This document shows, piece after piece, positions 23,192 through 35,206 of a stretch of DNA of 64,000 nt. The notes beneath the pieces are model-generated. The model had not been told where the DNA came from. It did not search any database and saw only the letters and a list, made by a program, of their open reading frames with translations. The stretch covers positions 1-64,000 of the forward strand of contig JAPETS010000042.1 of NCBI GenBank assembly GCA_026023565.1, written 5' to 3'. The position numbers and the translations under genes were made by a program. Each line of letters starts with the position of its first letter. Position 1 is the stretch's first letter. The stretch comes from Cirrosporium novae-zelandiae (Eukaryota).

Positions 23192-25096
23192 ATGGTTGAA
23201 AATATTTCGCAGTCACTCATAGGTGTACTGAAAAATTTCAACGAGTTGATAGATCGGATACAAACAGATGAGATCAAGAACAAACTAAATCATAATAAGC
23301 TGTCAATTAATTTATGGAGCGATGAGTAGGGAAGGCTACGGATCTGGGCGGCAAATATAGGAGCCCATAAAACTGGTCAATCGTCCCTGGACTTTCCACT
23401 TCGGGAGGCCTCCAATGTCAAAGATCAGATCCTAAAATTACTCCATGGACTACTTACATTGCTTCAGGAAACAGCTGATCTCTTAAGTGAATCAGAGGCA
23501 TACACATCGTTAGAAGATGGGGAACTAAGTGAATTGGCAGAGGTTAATGAACAAATTGTCAACAGAATAGGTTCTTTATATCAGATATCCATGCTGGTCC
23601 GACGGCCTATTCGGCATGATAGGCTGATGAGCTCCATTAAATTTAGTATGAGACATTTCGAGTCTTCTGATATTAAGCATGTCCAGGATAAATTTCCTAC
23701 GGCCAATCCTTTTTTGACAGAGCGGTTGGGTAAAGCTATTACGAGAAGAAGGGGTTATCTCGAATATCAAAAACGCCATCACAGAAAGCTGGGTCAAGGG
23801 TTAGCCAGGGTACAAGAACTTGATCTTCCAAGCAAGGAAATAGCAGCAACCGAGTTGTCCCAAACCGTGGCCACAGCCTTTCAAGAGCATGAGCCACACA
23901 TCGACTTTGAAGAGAAGAGTTCTAATTCGGGTTGGTCGGAAACTTCCTATGCAACCTCATTGCAAGTTCAGGGTCAGCCTATTACTGTGCCACCACCCCC
24001 AAAAGAATCTGCGGATGGAAAACCATTTGAATGTCCATATTGCTTTTACTTGATTACTATCAGTGGGAAACAGGAATGGGCTCAACATATCTTTAAAGAT
24101 GTCCCGCCGTATTTATGTTATAAGTAATTTTTTATTAAAAAACGGGTTTATTTAATACCGACCCAAATATATTTAGTATATCCTGATTGCCCTACGCCGG
24201 ATAGAATGTACGGTAGTAGGCATGAATGGTTCAACCATCAGTTAAAAATACATCATTCAGAAAAGATTTCTACCGTATGTAGCCTATGCAATACAAACAT
24301 TGGCCAATCTCAGAATATGGAACGACATCTTGCAAGGCATCAGCAGGAGCTTGCACTTTTTTCACTCCCATGTACCTATGACGATGACGAGAACTTGAGC
24401 GAACCAGATCCTGAATCCAATTTGCTTTTAAGGGAAGCTTCGGGCGATGACTGTCGCGCCCCAAACAAAGAAGGAACAGAGGCACAGAATGCTGAGGACA
24501 GTGGCTCGACAGACCCAGCACTTCAAGAATCGTCTAAACGAGAACCCATCAGCAGTCAGTTCCAAAGTGAGGAGACTGTGTGCGTCCGAGCTCTCCGTGA
24601 CTATAGAGCCGATGATCAGACAAAACTTAGTTTTCGGCAGGGGGATGCCATTCGGGTTTTGACACGATGTGAGGATGGTTGGTGGGTTGGCGAAATCAAC
24701 GGGTTACGTGGATTTTTTCCAAGTGATTATTGCACTACAACGCCTGATATAACCTCTACCGTTTACCTGCTACCACCGCCTGACCCCATTGTAAAGATAA
24801 CCGACAAGCTTAATGATATGGGTCTCCCGGACGATAAGAAGGGGATCAAAGGAAGCACCAAAGATCAGGAAAGAGGTCCTTCCTCGGGTGCCACAGGGAA
24901 AGAAAATGCTAACCAGCTAGAATACATCTCAACGGATTATCGGCCAAAGCGTGATCGTAGGATATTTTGGACCTGTTGTGATTGTGGAGGGGCGACAAAT
25001 CCAATACAACAATCACAATGTCCAATGTGTGCTCATATATATTGCGCCTTCTGCTCCAATTTCAAAGCAACGTTGTCGACGGACCAGACTAAATAG
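23192..25096 (+). pseudogene. Disrupted C2H2 zinc-finger / SH3 / Cys-rich protein
   Basis: One reading frame runs from ATG 23192: WSDE*GRLRIWAANIGAHKTGQSSLD (TAG at 23327-23329), RLGKAITRRR..Y..RHHRKL, FECPYCF..EWAQHIFKD. A 57-nt stop-containing AT-rich insert (24119-24175) splits YLC|VYPDC. Then come CSLC..HLARH, an SH3 domain (ALRDY..LSFRQGD..GWWVG..GFFPSDY) and WTCCDCG..CPMCAH..CAFC. Confidence 0.75.
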
Positions 25097-25282
25097 ACGG
25101 TCTATGGTAGACGGTCTATAGACCTTAGACCGACCAGACCAAGTTTTTCGATAGGCCAGATCGACCAGACCGAGCTTTTTGATAGACCGACCAGACCTTG
25201 ATTATCCAAGGTCTATTTGGTCTATATAAATGCGGATTATAAGGTGGGGGGGGGGGGGGCATATTTTTGTAGTGTTGAGGTT
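25081..25282. repeat. Dispersed repeat fragment related to the ends of the 2448-3476 element
   Basis: GACCAGACCTTGATTaTCCAAGGTCTATTTGGTCTATATA (about 25189-25228) is nearly identical to 2458-2497. There are several GACCAGACC units, and both loci are followed by TTTGT(A/G)GTGTTGAGGTTT. Confidence 0.8.
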
Positions 25283-26179
25283 TATAATACAAGGCAATGC
25301 GTTGCAGATAAATGAATATTGAGATTTGGGATTGAGATTGAGATTGGGGTGGTGGGACTTTTTTTGTGGATGATGATCTGCTTTTTGGGGGGGCGGGAAG
25401 GTTATGTTGTATAGAATAGAACTTTCTATTAGGCGATGATAGTGCGATAGTGCGATGTTAGATATATATCTATGGAATTGTATGAATGGACGTATGTGTG
25501 GATTAGACTATATACACTTGGAGGGGGAGGGTGGGTACGATAAGATAAGATAAGATAAGCTAATAGTCTAATATAAACTAGAAGACAACTTAACTCAATA
25601 ACATAAATCATATCTGTAGACCTCGGAACTCAACAATCATTTCAAGAATCGCCCCGAGCGTGGAAGTCATCAAGAGCCAGTGACAAAGTGATGGGAAGGG
25701 GGATATCATTCAGGTTTCGTCACGATATAATGATGATGATGATAGGTGTGGGTTGTTCGGGAATTAACGTCTAGAAGCTACCAACAACCACTATCTAACT
25801 CCCAATCAATGTAAAGACAACTGTTCAGGCATGGCATGCCAAGCCCAACGGCTACTGTACGCACTTTGCTCAGCGCTGGCTTGGCGCGCGGGGTAATCTT
25901 TATAGATAATGAAGAACGCTGCCTGGAATATCGAAGCATCATCGTTCAACTTTTGCATCTACCTCACGGGGGGGATGCCCTCCTAAGCTATAATCATCAT
26001 TATATACGTCTCTCGAATACGAATCATCTATAATTCTATTCAGCTAGCTAGACAACTGCTTATATAGTGATCTTATCACACATTGCCTAAATTAGGTGCG
26101 CTACCTTTACACTAGCAGAGCAGCTAGCAACCACCATCTATCTAACCTCAAGTATAAAGACAACCAACCGACAAGTCTA

Positions 26180-26473
26180 ATGAATATGCGTCGACTCTCG
26201 GACGATAAGAAAGAGATTGAAGGAAAAAGCAGCACCAACGAACCGGAAAGAGGTCTTTCTTCAGATGTCACCCCTATACTCCCTTCAACGGTTTATCGGT
26301 TGACTGTTGCTGGTGATGGTGATGGTGATGGTAGAAAACCCAAAAAAAAAAACCCTTTTTGGAGTTGTTGTAATTGTGGAGAAAGAACGAGCATAATGGG
26401 GCAACAACATTGTCCAATGTGTAATCACTTGCGTTGCCCCTACTGCACCGAATACTATACGCAACCATGCTAA
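26180..26473 (+). CDS. Small Cys-rich (putative zinc-binding) protein; paralogous to the 3' end of the 23192-25096 gene
   Basis: DDKKEIEGKSSTNEPERGLSS versus DDKKGIKGSTKDQERGPSS; WSCCNCG..CPMCNHLRCPYC versus WTCCDCG..CPMCAHIYCAFC. DNA-level similarity is visible between about 26168-26272 and 24801-24894. Confidence 0.55.
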   Translation: MNMRRLSDDKKEIEGKSSTNEPERGLSSDVTPILPSTVYRLTVAGDGDGDGRKPKKKNPFWSCCNCGERTSIMGQQHCPMCNHLRCPYCTEYYTQPC

Positions 26474-28293
26474 GGCTACGATATCTAATGGAAATGAAAA
26501 TGATTTGGTTTATTATGGATTAAAGAGGGGATATATGAAATAATGAATGGATTATCATAATCATCATTACACAGCCTTAATTTCAACCCATCTTCAATTT
26601 ATTTTTTAAATAAAGAACGCGTACACGCACACACTGTTACAGCGCAGCCAGGTTATAGATATATCCCACATCCCACGTTCTGTCTTTTTGGTTTGGTTAG
26701 GTAAGAGTGAGTATTGTTGGCTTGTTTTCTAACACACATACACAATCCAAAAGGATTAATCGGAGCCTTAACCAAAGGCACTGCTCTATTAAATTACTCA
26801 CTGCCCCTTGATTTAATACACTTACTTGCTCGCTCCCCCAAGAGCTTATCTTAATCAACCCACCCACCCATCCACTCGTCTACCCACCTACCCAAAATTC
26901 TTTTTTCTTTTCTTTTTCTTTTTCTTTTTCTTTTTCACCATTAAATATTTTCAATACCTTCTAATTAATCAATCAATCAAATCTACCCATTAACTTAATG
27001 ATTAGTTTTCTTTTTTTTTTTCATAATTGACATAGGGCAAAAAAAAAATACCTAGGTACCTAAGTACAGTAGAGAGAGATACCCAGTAGGGAGAAAGGAG
27101 AAGGAAACGAGGTTTGGTGCATCCCATCCCATTTCCATCTCCTCTCTCTCTCCTAGTCTCTACAGTACATACATATAAAACTCAAAGTAACTTACCCACC
27201 CCTACCTGTTGTTTTTCGTTTTTTGTTTTTTGTACAGTTATCATATTTACTCTCTCTCTTATTCGTTATAACTTTTATTGCTTCGATGACGAAAATAAAT
27301 ATATATATGAATTAGGGAGGGTTGTTGAGGTGGATAGGGTAGGTGGATAGGTGGATAGATTAGGTGGACGGATGTATTAGACTGGTAGATATAGATATAT
27401 AGTGTATGTGTATATGTATATAAAGGAGCTCCCCCTCCCCTATTTTCTATAACCGATTATCCAGAATTTATTTTTCTCTCTCTCCATCTCCACCTTCCCC
27501 CCTTTCTCCCTCCCATCCTCTCTTCTAAATATACACATATACAGTATAGTATATATATCCCCCCCCCAACACACCAAACACACCAACACTTAAATACTCT
27601 ACAATCCCACAATCCCATTCAAAACAAAAAAAGGCAACAAAATCGAAATCAAATAACAAAATAGATATATCCCATATCATACCTTTTTTTTTTTTTTTTT
27701 TTTTTTTTAATTCAGCTGGGTTTGGTAGACGGGGAGTGGAGAGAGAGAGAAGGGAAGGGAAGAAGGGAAGAAGAGTAACAAGGGGTGGTGGTGGTGGATT
27801 GAGTTGGGGAGAGAGAGGGAGGGGTACTGGATACTAGATACTAGATAGACTATATTATTTGGGGGGTGCTGGGTATACAATAATGGATATCATAAAATAC
27901 TGGATGACTATAATATCATCATCATCAAAATTCAAAATTTTAAATGATTTTTTAAGGGAATTGGTGGTTTTGTATGGGGGGTCTCTTTAGTAGTGGGGTT
28001 ATAGTAAATGAGGTTAATTAGGTATAGATAAGTGGTTTCATTTCATGTTGCAAATATCTACATGTACACACACACACAGTAGTAGATATAGATATACTTT
28101 CGAAAGTATAGTTATGGTAGAGGTTAAGGGTAAGGGTGAATAAATGGATGACGTAGTTGGGGTAGTGGCGGGAGGCGGGAGGCGGGAAGGGGGGGGAGGT
28201 AAGATGTTAGATTGGTGGATCGGATAGATAGTGTTGATGGGTGGGTTGGGTGATTATATCTATCTGTATCTGTATAACATGATTATACCATAT

Positions 28294-28294
<1 letters not shown>

Positions 28295-28332
<38 letters not shown>
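28295..28332. repeat. (CA)n microsatellite within a low-complexity intergenic region (about 26.5-28.6 kb; also poly-T at 27684-27708)
   Basis: Direct reading of the sequence. Confidence 0.9.
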
Positions 28333-28335
<3 letters not shown>

Positions 28336-28680
28336 AAACATTTCAAATATTCATCTCCATTTCATCAATCAATCGGATGTTTTTATTTCATTTCATTACT
28401 TTCGTGCCTTCTTCCCCTTCCCTCTTCTCCTCCTCTCTTTCTTTTTTTTTTTTGCGGGGTAAGGGGAGGGGATTATAGACAATTAAGTACACACACGCAC
28501 CTTATGTTCTCTCTAGTATTACTCTCTGATGTTGTGGTGGTGGCGTACACAAAGCTAATACAAGAAAATTCGTCGAAAATTGTGAAAAAAAAAAGAAGCC
28601 TTCCATACCCATTGCTCACACACGCGCGCATGGTGGGGGTATTTTTTTCTTCTTCTTTCTTTCAAACTTCAACTTACAAC

Positions 28681-30386
28681 TTACAGGCGTCCCTTTTCGG
28701 TCATGTTGGTTAGGGGTACCTTTTGTTTCTTATTGTTTTCTTGATTCTGTAATTGAAGTTGTGGTACTTGGACTTGGATTTGTACTGTATCATCATCATC
28801 ATCAACATTGGTTGGTGGTTGAGTCTTCTCGGTCTCCTTTTCTCCATCCCATCTGGCCTCGATAATCCACATGCGACATCCGTCGGGGTGGCTGGCACCT
28901 AGGAATTTGTATCGGGGATCTGCTCGTTCGAACAGGGATTTCCATTCTGATACTGTTCGTTCTTGGGCGTTGAGGAGGGTTAACATTACCAGGTCCATGG
29001 TTCTATGGGGTGGTGAGAAAGGGGGTGTTGGTTAGTAGTACTTGATAACAAAGGGAGGGAGAGAGGGATCTGTGTCAAGCCACACATGCATTGCTTTTTT
29101 TTTGGTTGGTTGCCCACGTACCTGGTGATCTTTTCATCCCAGGCGGAGTCCGTGTTTGGTTCCGGCAGCACGCCATCGTTGATAACGATGCGGGCACCAG
29201 GTTTCAAAGCGGGAATCAAGGACCTTAAAATCTGCAGGCTGTATTTATCGGACCAGTTGTGGAGAATCCATCTGAAGAGGTATACATCAGCGCCATGGAC
29301 CGGCTGTTCGGCGAAGAAGTCGTGAGCCATAAATGTCACACGTGTAGAAAGGTCCGGTGGGATTTTTGAGGGGCCATCGACCACAGTTTTGGGTAGGTCT
29401 TGAACCACAAACTTGAGTTGGGGGTATTTTTTGGCGAGTGCGACGCTGACGAACCCATGGGAACCGCCCAGCTGGAATCATATTGTTTAGCAAACGGTGC
29501 AACTGAACAACGTTTGTGGGAAAAAAAAAGGAAAAAAAAACTTGGCAAACAGCTTACATCTACTACGGTTCCGTTTTTCAGCTTGTCCCATGGATAATTG
29601 TTTGCCAGATAATCTACCTCATATCCAACTCCACCGGTTAGAGAATTCATGGCACCACCGAACCGTTTGGCGCGCTTTGGATCTTTTCCTATTTCCATAA
29701 ACATGGGTTGTTTGCAGTTGAATGCAGCCGGGAAACCGGCTTCCGAAGGTTCCTGTGAGGCAGGGTGTTTCCTCATTGCATCGACCGTCTTTTGTGCAGC
29801 GGGCCACATGTCTTCAACGCAGAATCCCACCCAATCTTGCATTTTCCCGCTTTCTGCCAGCAACCGAGACTGGATCGTATGTGCGACATAACCGGGGCGA
29901 CTCTCCTTGAAAATATGATTTGTCATGGCATGGCGAATCAAGCGGCGGACGTTGACTTCATCCACACCAGTGGCGGAGGCAATCTCGGCGTATGAGGCTT
30001 CGGCATCGATTGGAAAACTGTTTGCGATTTTAAAGTTGTACATGGCGCGTAAACTTAGGCTATTATTGTGCTATCAGAGAGGTGGGTAAGCAGCTGCGCG
30101 AACACGCCTCATCACGAAAAAAAAAGCTGAGATGTCATACACTCCATGCCAACCATCGCATTTGCTCTGTGGGCCCAACAACCAGGTCGTGAAGCTCTGC
30201 TGTGGCGAGAATCAAATCGGAGCGAGCCTTTTGAATTTCAGGATCGTCTGTTACAATGGGGAAATCGGCTGGAGCATGGACATCAAAAGATGGACATGGT
30301 AAGTTGTGGGAAGTTATATATCGATTAAGTTTCTCGGTATTTGATGATATGACGGCTGCAAGCCTGGTGAGTCTCGATGATGCCAT
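28681..30386 (-). CDS. SAM-dependent O-methyltransferase (fungal Methyltransf_2/OmtA-like); exons 30141-30386, 29558-30070, 29122-29471, 28681-29002
   Basis: VVD|LGGSHG SAM motif, VQDLP, AHDFF..QPV.GADVYLFRWILHNWSD, LNAQERT..EW..LF..AD, plus an N-terminal dimerisation region. Intron phases are consistent. Confidence 0.92.
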
Positions 30387-32691
30387 GACCAAAGACTGGG
30401 GGTGGAGACAAGTTGACAGCAGAAAGCTTTCCTGGGTCGATCTGGTCCCGGGAGAATGGATTGTGGAGGTTGTTATTTAAAGAAGCCTGGGAGCGCCAAG
30501 GGAAGGGAGACGGTGATTCAGAGCGGCATATGTGAAGGTGTTCGGTGTATCATGTATGTAGAGATGTTGGAAAACATGGCAAGCAACATCACGGACGATG
30601 ATAAGAACGAAGGGCTATGGTGCTTGCTAGACTAGCTAGTGGCAGCTGTTGGTAGGTGAGTAGTGAGTAGTGAGTAGGCAGAGTAACATTTAGTGGTTAG
30701 TGGTTAGTGGTAGTGGTAGTGGCCGTCACTTGAAGCTTCATATGGTTCGCATGATTTTGGGTTAAGTGTCAAATTGGTGTGGATACATGGTCTCGTAATG
30801 CAGCATCCTGTTTCCCGATCATGATCCTAAGGGGAAACAAAAACAATACTGTTGTCGCCTTGGAGGAGAAGAGACCGAAAGAAGGGATAAAGGTCCGGGT
30901 TGGAAGTGTGCTATTATCATTGGCAATTGAAACGGACGAGTGTAACCCCTCAGACTTTTTGCGTAGCCAAGCCTCCACGGAGAAAGCATGATGATGATAA
31001 ACAGAGACAACCCCTCAAACCAGAGAGCTTTGACAACGACGGTTGGAGTTGGCTATCAAATCATATAAACAGATATCAACAGGAACCAGCCAAGTTGAAC
31101 ATTGTCTAAGATACGCTCGGATGGGGTGTTCGGGGAAGAAGCATAGACGACGGACAATTAAATTCATAATTCAAATGAATTCATCTAAATTACTATAATA
31201 GTGAACATGGATATCTTCTTGATCGATAGCCCCGAGATCGAGGATTAATTACCGATTAGTTGGATGACCCTTGCAGGAAGGTCACAGAACATTTTGAATT
31301 TACGTGATGTTGACACAAAAGCCTGTCCTGTCTTGTCTCTGGAAAGCAAAATCCTTCAATTATTCCCTTTTTTGGGGGGGGGGGGTTGTTAGAACTCAAT
31401 TACCTTAGCGAGTGTGGGAAACCTGGGTTTATCCTTTTAGTCTTCATTGACCGACAATGCTGAATAGTGTATGTGTATTGTAATAAATTACTCTATCATT
31501 ATACCGAGGTAATATTGTACCGGGTACAACACTCTTCCCTGCATATGCCACCTTTTTTCCCCGACATCATCTATGTAACTGGTAACTACCTAGGTACATT
31601 GTAATAGCCAGGGTCCTCATGCCAAATAGGCTACTGAAAAGACGGGTAGACGGAACTCGGGAAGGATGGCAATCTGCATGAAAGATAGGTACTCTACAAT
31701 AGGTATATATTTCACTCTCGATATTGATTTTTGTTAACCGTGGCTGGATAATCTTTTCGCCAGGATTTGCTTGCTTGTTGGTTCTTGGCTTTCAATCTTG
31801 TTGATGTTGCTGCGTCCCGCGAGTACACGCCACGCTACTGGTTATTATATACAGTGATCCCATGATGCGTATTGGGCAATTGATCATCTCGCATCATCTC
31901 CCTCAAATCCAGGGTTGAACTGAGGGTGGTGGACCTCTAAATTTTGCTTCCCGCACACCCATTTACTGAGCCCTTGTTCGTCTTGTTTGGATCCTGGGCT
32001 TTTACTCCTTTCGCTAATCTCATCCCTTCACTAAGCGCGCACAACCATAACTACCAAGTAGACACGGCGAGATGAGACGAGAAAACCCATGTTGAATCGC
32101 TATCCCCTTGACAAGTTCATTTTTGTTTCTTTATTTTCGTTGCAAAGGTCATCGTTTAGTGGACTTCTTTCGATCATTCGCTTACAAGTTATATGTGTCC
32201 CGGAGATTCACTTTATCCAACTTCCCCACCCCTCCCCCGCTGGCCGCCAGAGTAGTATATATATAGTTACAATTAAAAAGTTCCAAAAAAAACCTATATC
32301 ACCGTTAGTGTTGGCCCGAAATACACGTATTTGACGTATGAATTGTCCTCGGATGTTGTAATTATATACGCGTATGAATTAAAAAGTCGTATTCTTGGCA
32401 ATACACGGAACTTCGGAATGCCGGGAATGCCGCGATTATATAGCACGTGTGTGTAGCTATAGACCTACCTTTTTAAGGTATATAGAGTCAGAAATCATGA
32501 CCTAGGTCACATATATGAATGCCTAAGGCTTCTATAATTATATAATAAATATCTTAGTAATCTGATTGGTTGGATCATCAATGACTAATCAATGCCAAGA
32601 GTGCCCAGGTATATACGTATGTATGAATTATTCCTGATGTATTCATGTGAATACCGTAATTATACAATCTCCCAATACCGTATTTGGCCCA

Positions 32692-34101
32692 TCACCAATC
32701 ACCATCACCACTCCCAGAATCGCCTTCTTGTCGAGGCTTTTGACCATAAACAACATAAAATGGCATGAAACTATGCGTCTTCGTGTCCGTATATGCCTTC
32801 CGAACCTGCACAAGCCATACTTCCACCTCCTCTCTGCTCCAATGCAATCCTCTGGTCAAGGGGCCCAGGGCGATGGCCTGAATCCCCTCCAGGAGGATCG
32901 CCCGCCAAAACATACCCAAATTCTTGAGTACTCTGTTTTTAGGCCAGGTGCCAATAGGCACATTGAATATTCTTTCTGTCACGTTGGTGAATCCTGCATC
33001 ACGCATCTTTGTCGCCAGCGTTAAGGGGAAATTTAAGTCGACCCCTAGGTTGCCTAAGCCTTGTATAATGTTCCTCCAATATTCTTCCACCAGGTAATCG
33101 GCTGCCATGGTTCCGTCATGGCACTGTGGATAGTGGTGGAATTCCTGTACCTCTATCCATCCTCCTGGCTTGATATGACTATAGAAACACACGGGTAAGT
33201 AAATGCGACGGATATGAGGATAACTATACTACTAATATTTCGTACAAAGCCCAAGGATAAATAGATAGCCCTTGTTGGGACACGACTCTGGGATCAAAAT
33301 TGAATGAGAGGGACACACTCACTCAAACGCCCTCTCCAAAAGTCGTGGCCAGTTCTTGATCGCAGGGGCCATATGTCTAGCGTGGACAAAGTCATAATGA
33401 TTCAGAGGGTCAACCCAAGGGCTCTCGGTATCATCTACGAGGAATTTGACGTTTGGTGGGAGCCACTTAGGTTGTATCGGACTTAGGTCAATGCCGAGTA
33501 CAGACGCACTGGGATACGCATCGCCCACTACAGATTAATTAGATGGCGGTCAAAACTAGTCAAGGGAAACTATGAGGCAAGACCAACTCTCAATTGCCCA
33601 GATACCCGTTCCAGTTCCAATGTCGATGATATTGTGAGGGTCCTGGGGGATGGGTGCGAAGTGCAGTTTTCCTCCACATAAATTCATGATTAATCCGTGC
33701 TTCATATCCTCCCTGTCTTGTTCTGAATCGTCATTCGGAAAGACATAGGCGCCTTCCCTAAATTTGTGGTATCGCCGTCCATTTTCGAACGGATAGTTCA
33801 TAATAGTCGAGGCCAGCGATTGCGATCGAACGCTAGAAGTATCCGAATCATATGCCGGATCGCTGTCCCAGGCACGGTCTGATACGTCAATAGTTGTTTC
33901 TGCCTGAAGGACGGCATCTAAGGCTTCCTGATCGTCTTCTTCGATTTGTCCGTGTGGTTGCGACTGCGACTGCGACTGCGATGATTCTGCGTGTGATTGA
34001 AAAGGCTGAGTCTGGGGTGTTTGAGTTGCTGGCCCTGATTCATGTGGTATTTGCGATGCAAGCTCCTCCTCGGGAGGCGAATGAGGCCCTATTTCAGCCA
34101 T
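32692..34101 (-). CDS. Class I SAM methyltransferase (LaeA-like/TAM family), three exons
   Basis: ENGRRYHKFREGAYVFPND..EQDR.D..H, IDIGTGTGIWAIE, GIDLSPIQP.W.PPNV.F.VDD, IKPGGW.E.QE, PIGTWPK, VYGQKP. Confidence 0.92.
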
Positions 34102-35206
34102 CGGTGGGGCTTAGATGAAATGGAAGAGGTAACATGAGAAAGGCCCGAGAGGATGGACATTCAATAAACTTCTCGTGGCATATCGTCGGGGACCTTGGAC
34201 ATGTATAGCCAGGTTAAGCTAAAGATGCAGGATAAATGATGTCGTTCGGCATTGACCAGTAGAGGTCCGGGCCGGGGCAGAAGAGTATTAAAGGAGAGGG
34301 AGCGAAGATTTGTGGCATAATGAATGGATGGCGGCTTGGAGATGAAAGACTCGGAAGCATTATTGGCGTTCGGTTCAAGGAAGGCCCCAAAGACCCATTT
34401 CGGTGCTTACTTTGGCATTCTGACCCTATCTACTCTGACTGGTCAGCACTTTATCGTTAGATTCTTAGCCACATCGATAGAGAATGCAGCAAACTTGAAT
34501 GTCTAACCAATTAGTTGACTATCGTAACAACCATGGATCCGATCAAATCATATAATTCTGGTTGTTGGCAATTATGTAATTGTTGGAGGGCTGATCTTTC
34601 AGGTCCAGAGTTAATTGCCTATTTCCACTTGACAATGGCATTCACGTCCGTCAAAATCACCTCATCTACTGTAACCCAAGAAGCTATACAGGTACTAAGT
34701 TATCCAACTGATGTGTTGGCGATATATTCAATATTATATCCACTGATAATCATTGTCACAGTTGAAGGTTTTGGCGTTGGCGTTGGCGTTGGTGTGGGTG
34801 TAGGTGTGGGTGTGGGTGTGGGTGAAAATTTACTGATGTTTGCTACCAATGCGACTAAAGGTTCGGTAGTCAATTATCCCCAAGATCCCAAGATGCCTAA
34901 GATGCCCTAATTCTCTCCCCCCCATTTTCATCGGACTTTTAACTTCCGCTTCCTCCCGCAAATTCAATTTTAGTCATTTGCTAAGCGAGTCTAGACCAAC
35001 TTAATCGATTTGCCTCGACTGGATAGGGATCATCATCCCTGGACGCACATCAGAACTTTAGCTTCAAGTGGCAGCCGCACCTGAAAGTATGAAAATCTGA
35101 ATGAATATAGCCTTCGCACATCAGCAATGTATATCATACATGGCTCAATGCCAAATAAATAGTTGATAGTTCGGTCAAAGGTTCTTGATGTCCTACTATA
35201 ATATAA

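Noticed and set aside
30655..30722. TTAGTGG/TAGTGAG runs resembling telomeric repeats
   Set aside because: Only a few degenerate units, not TTAGGG; an ordinary microsatellite.
34515..34910. ORF with a GVGVGV tract
   Set aside because: Non-ATG start, and the tract comes from a hexanucleotide microsatellite in the methyltransferase upstream region.
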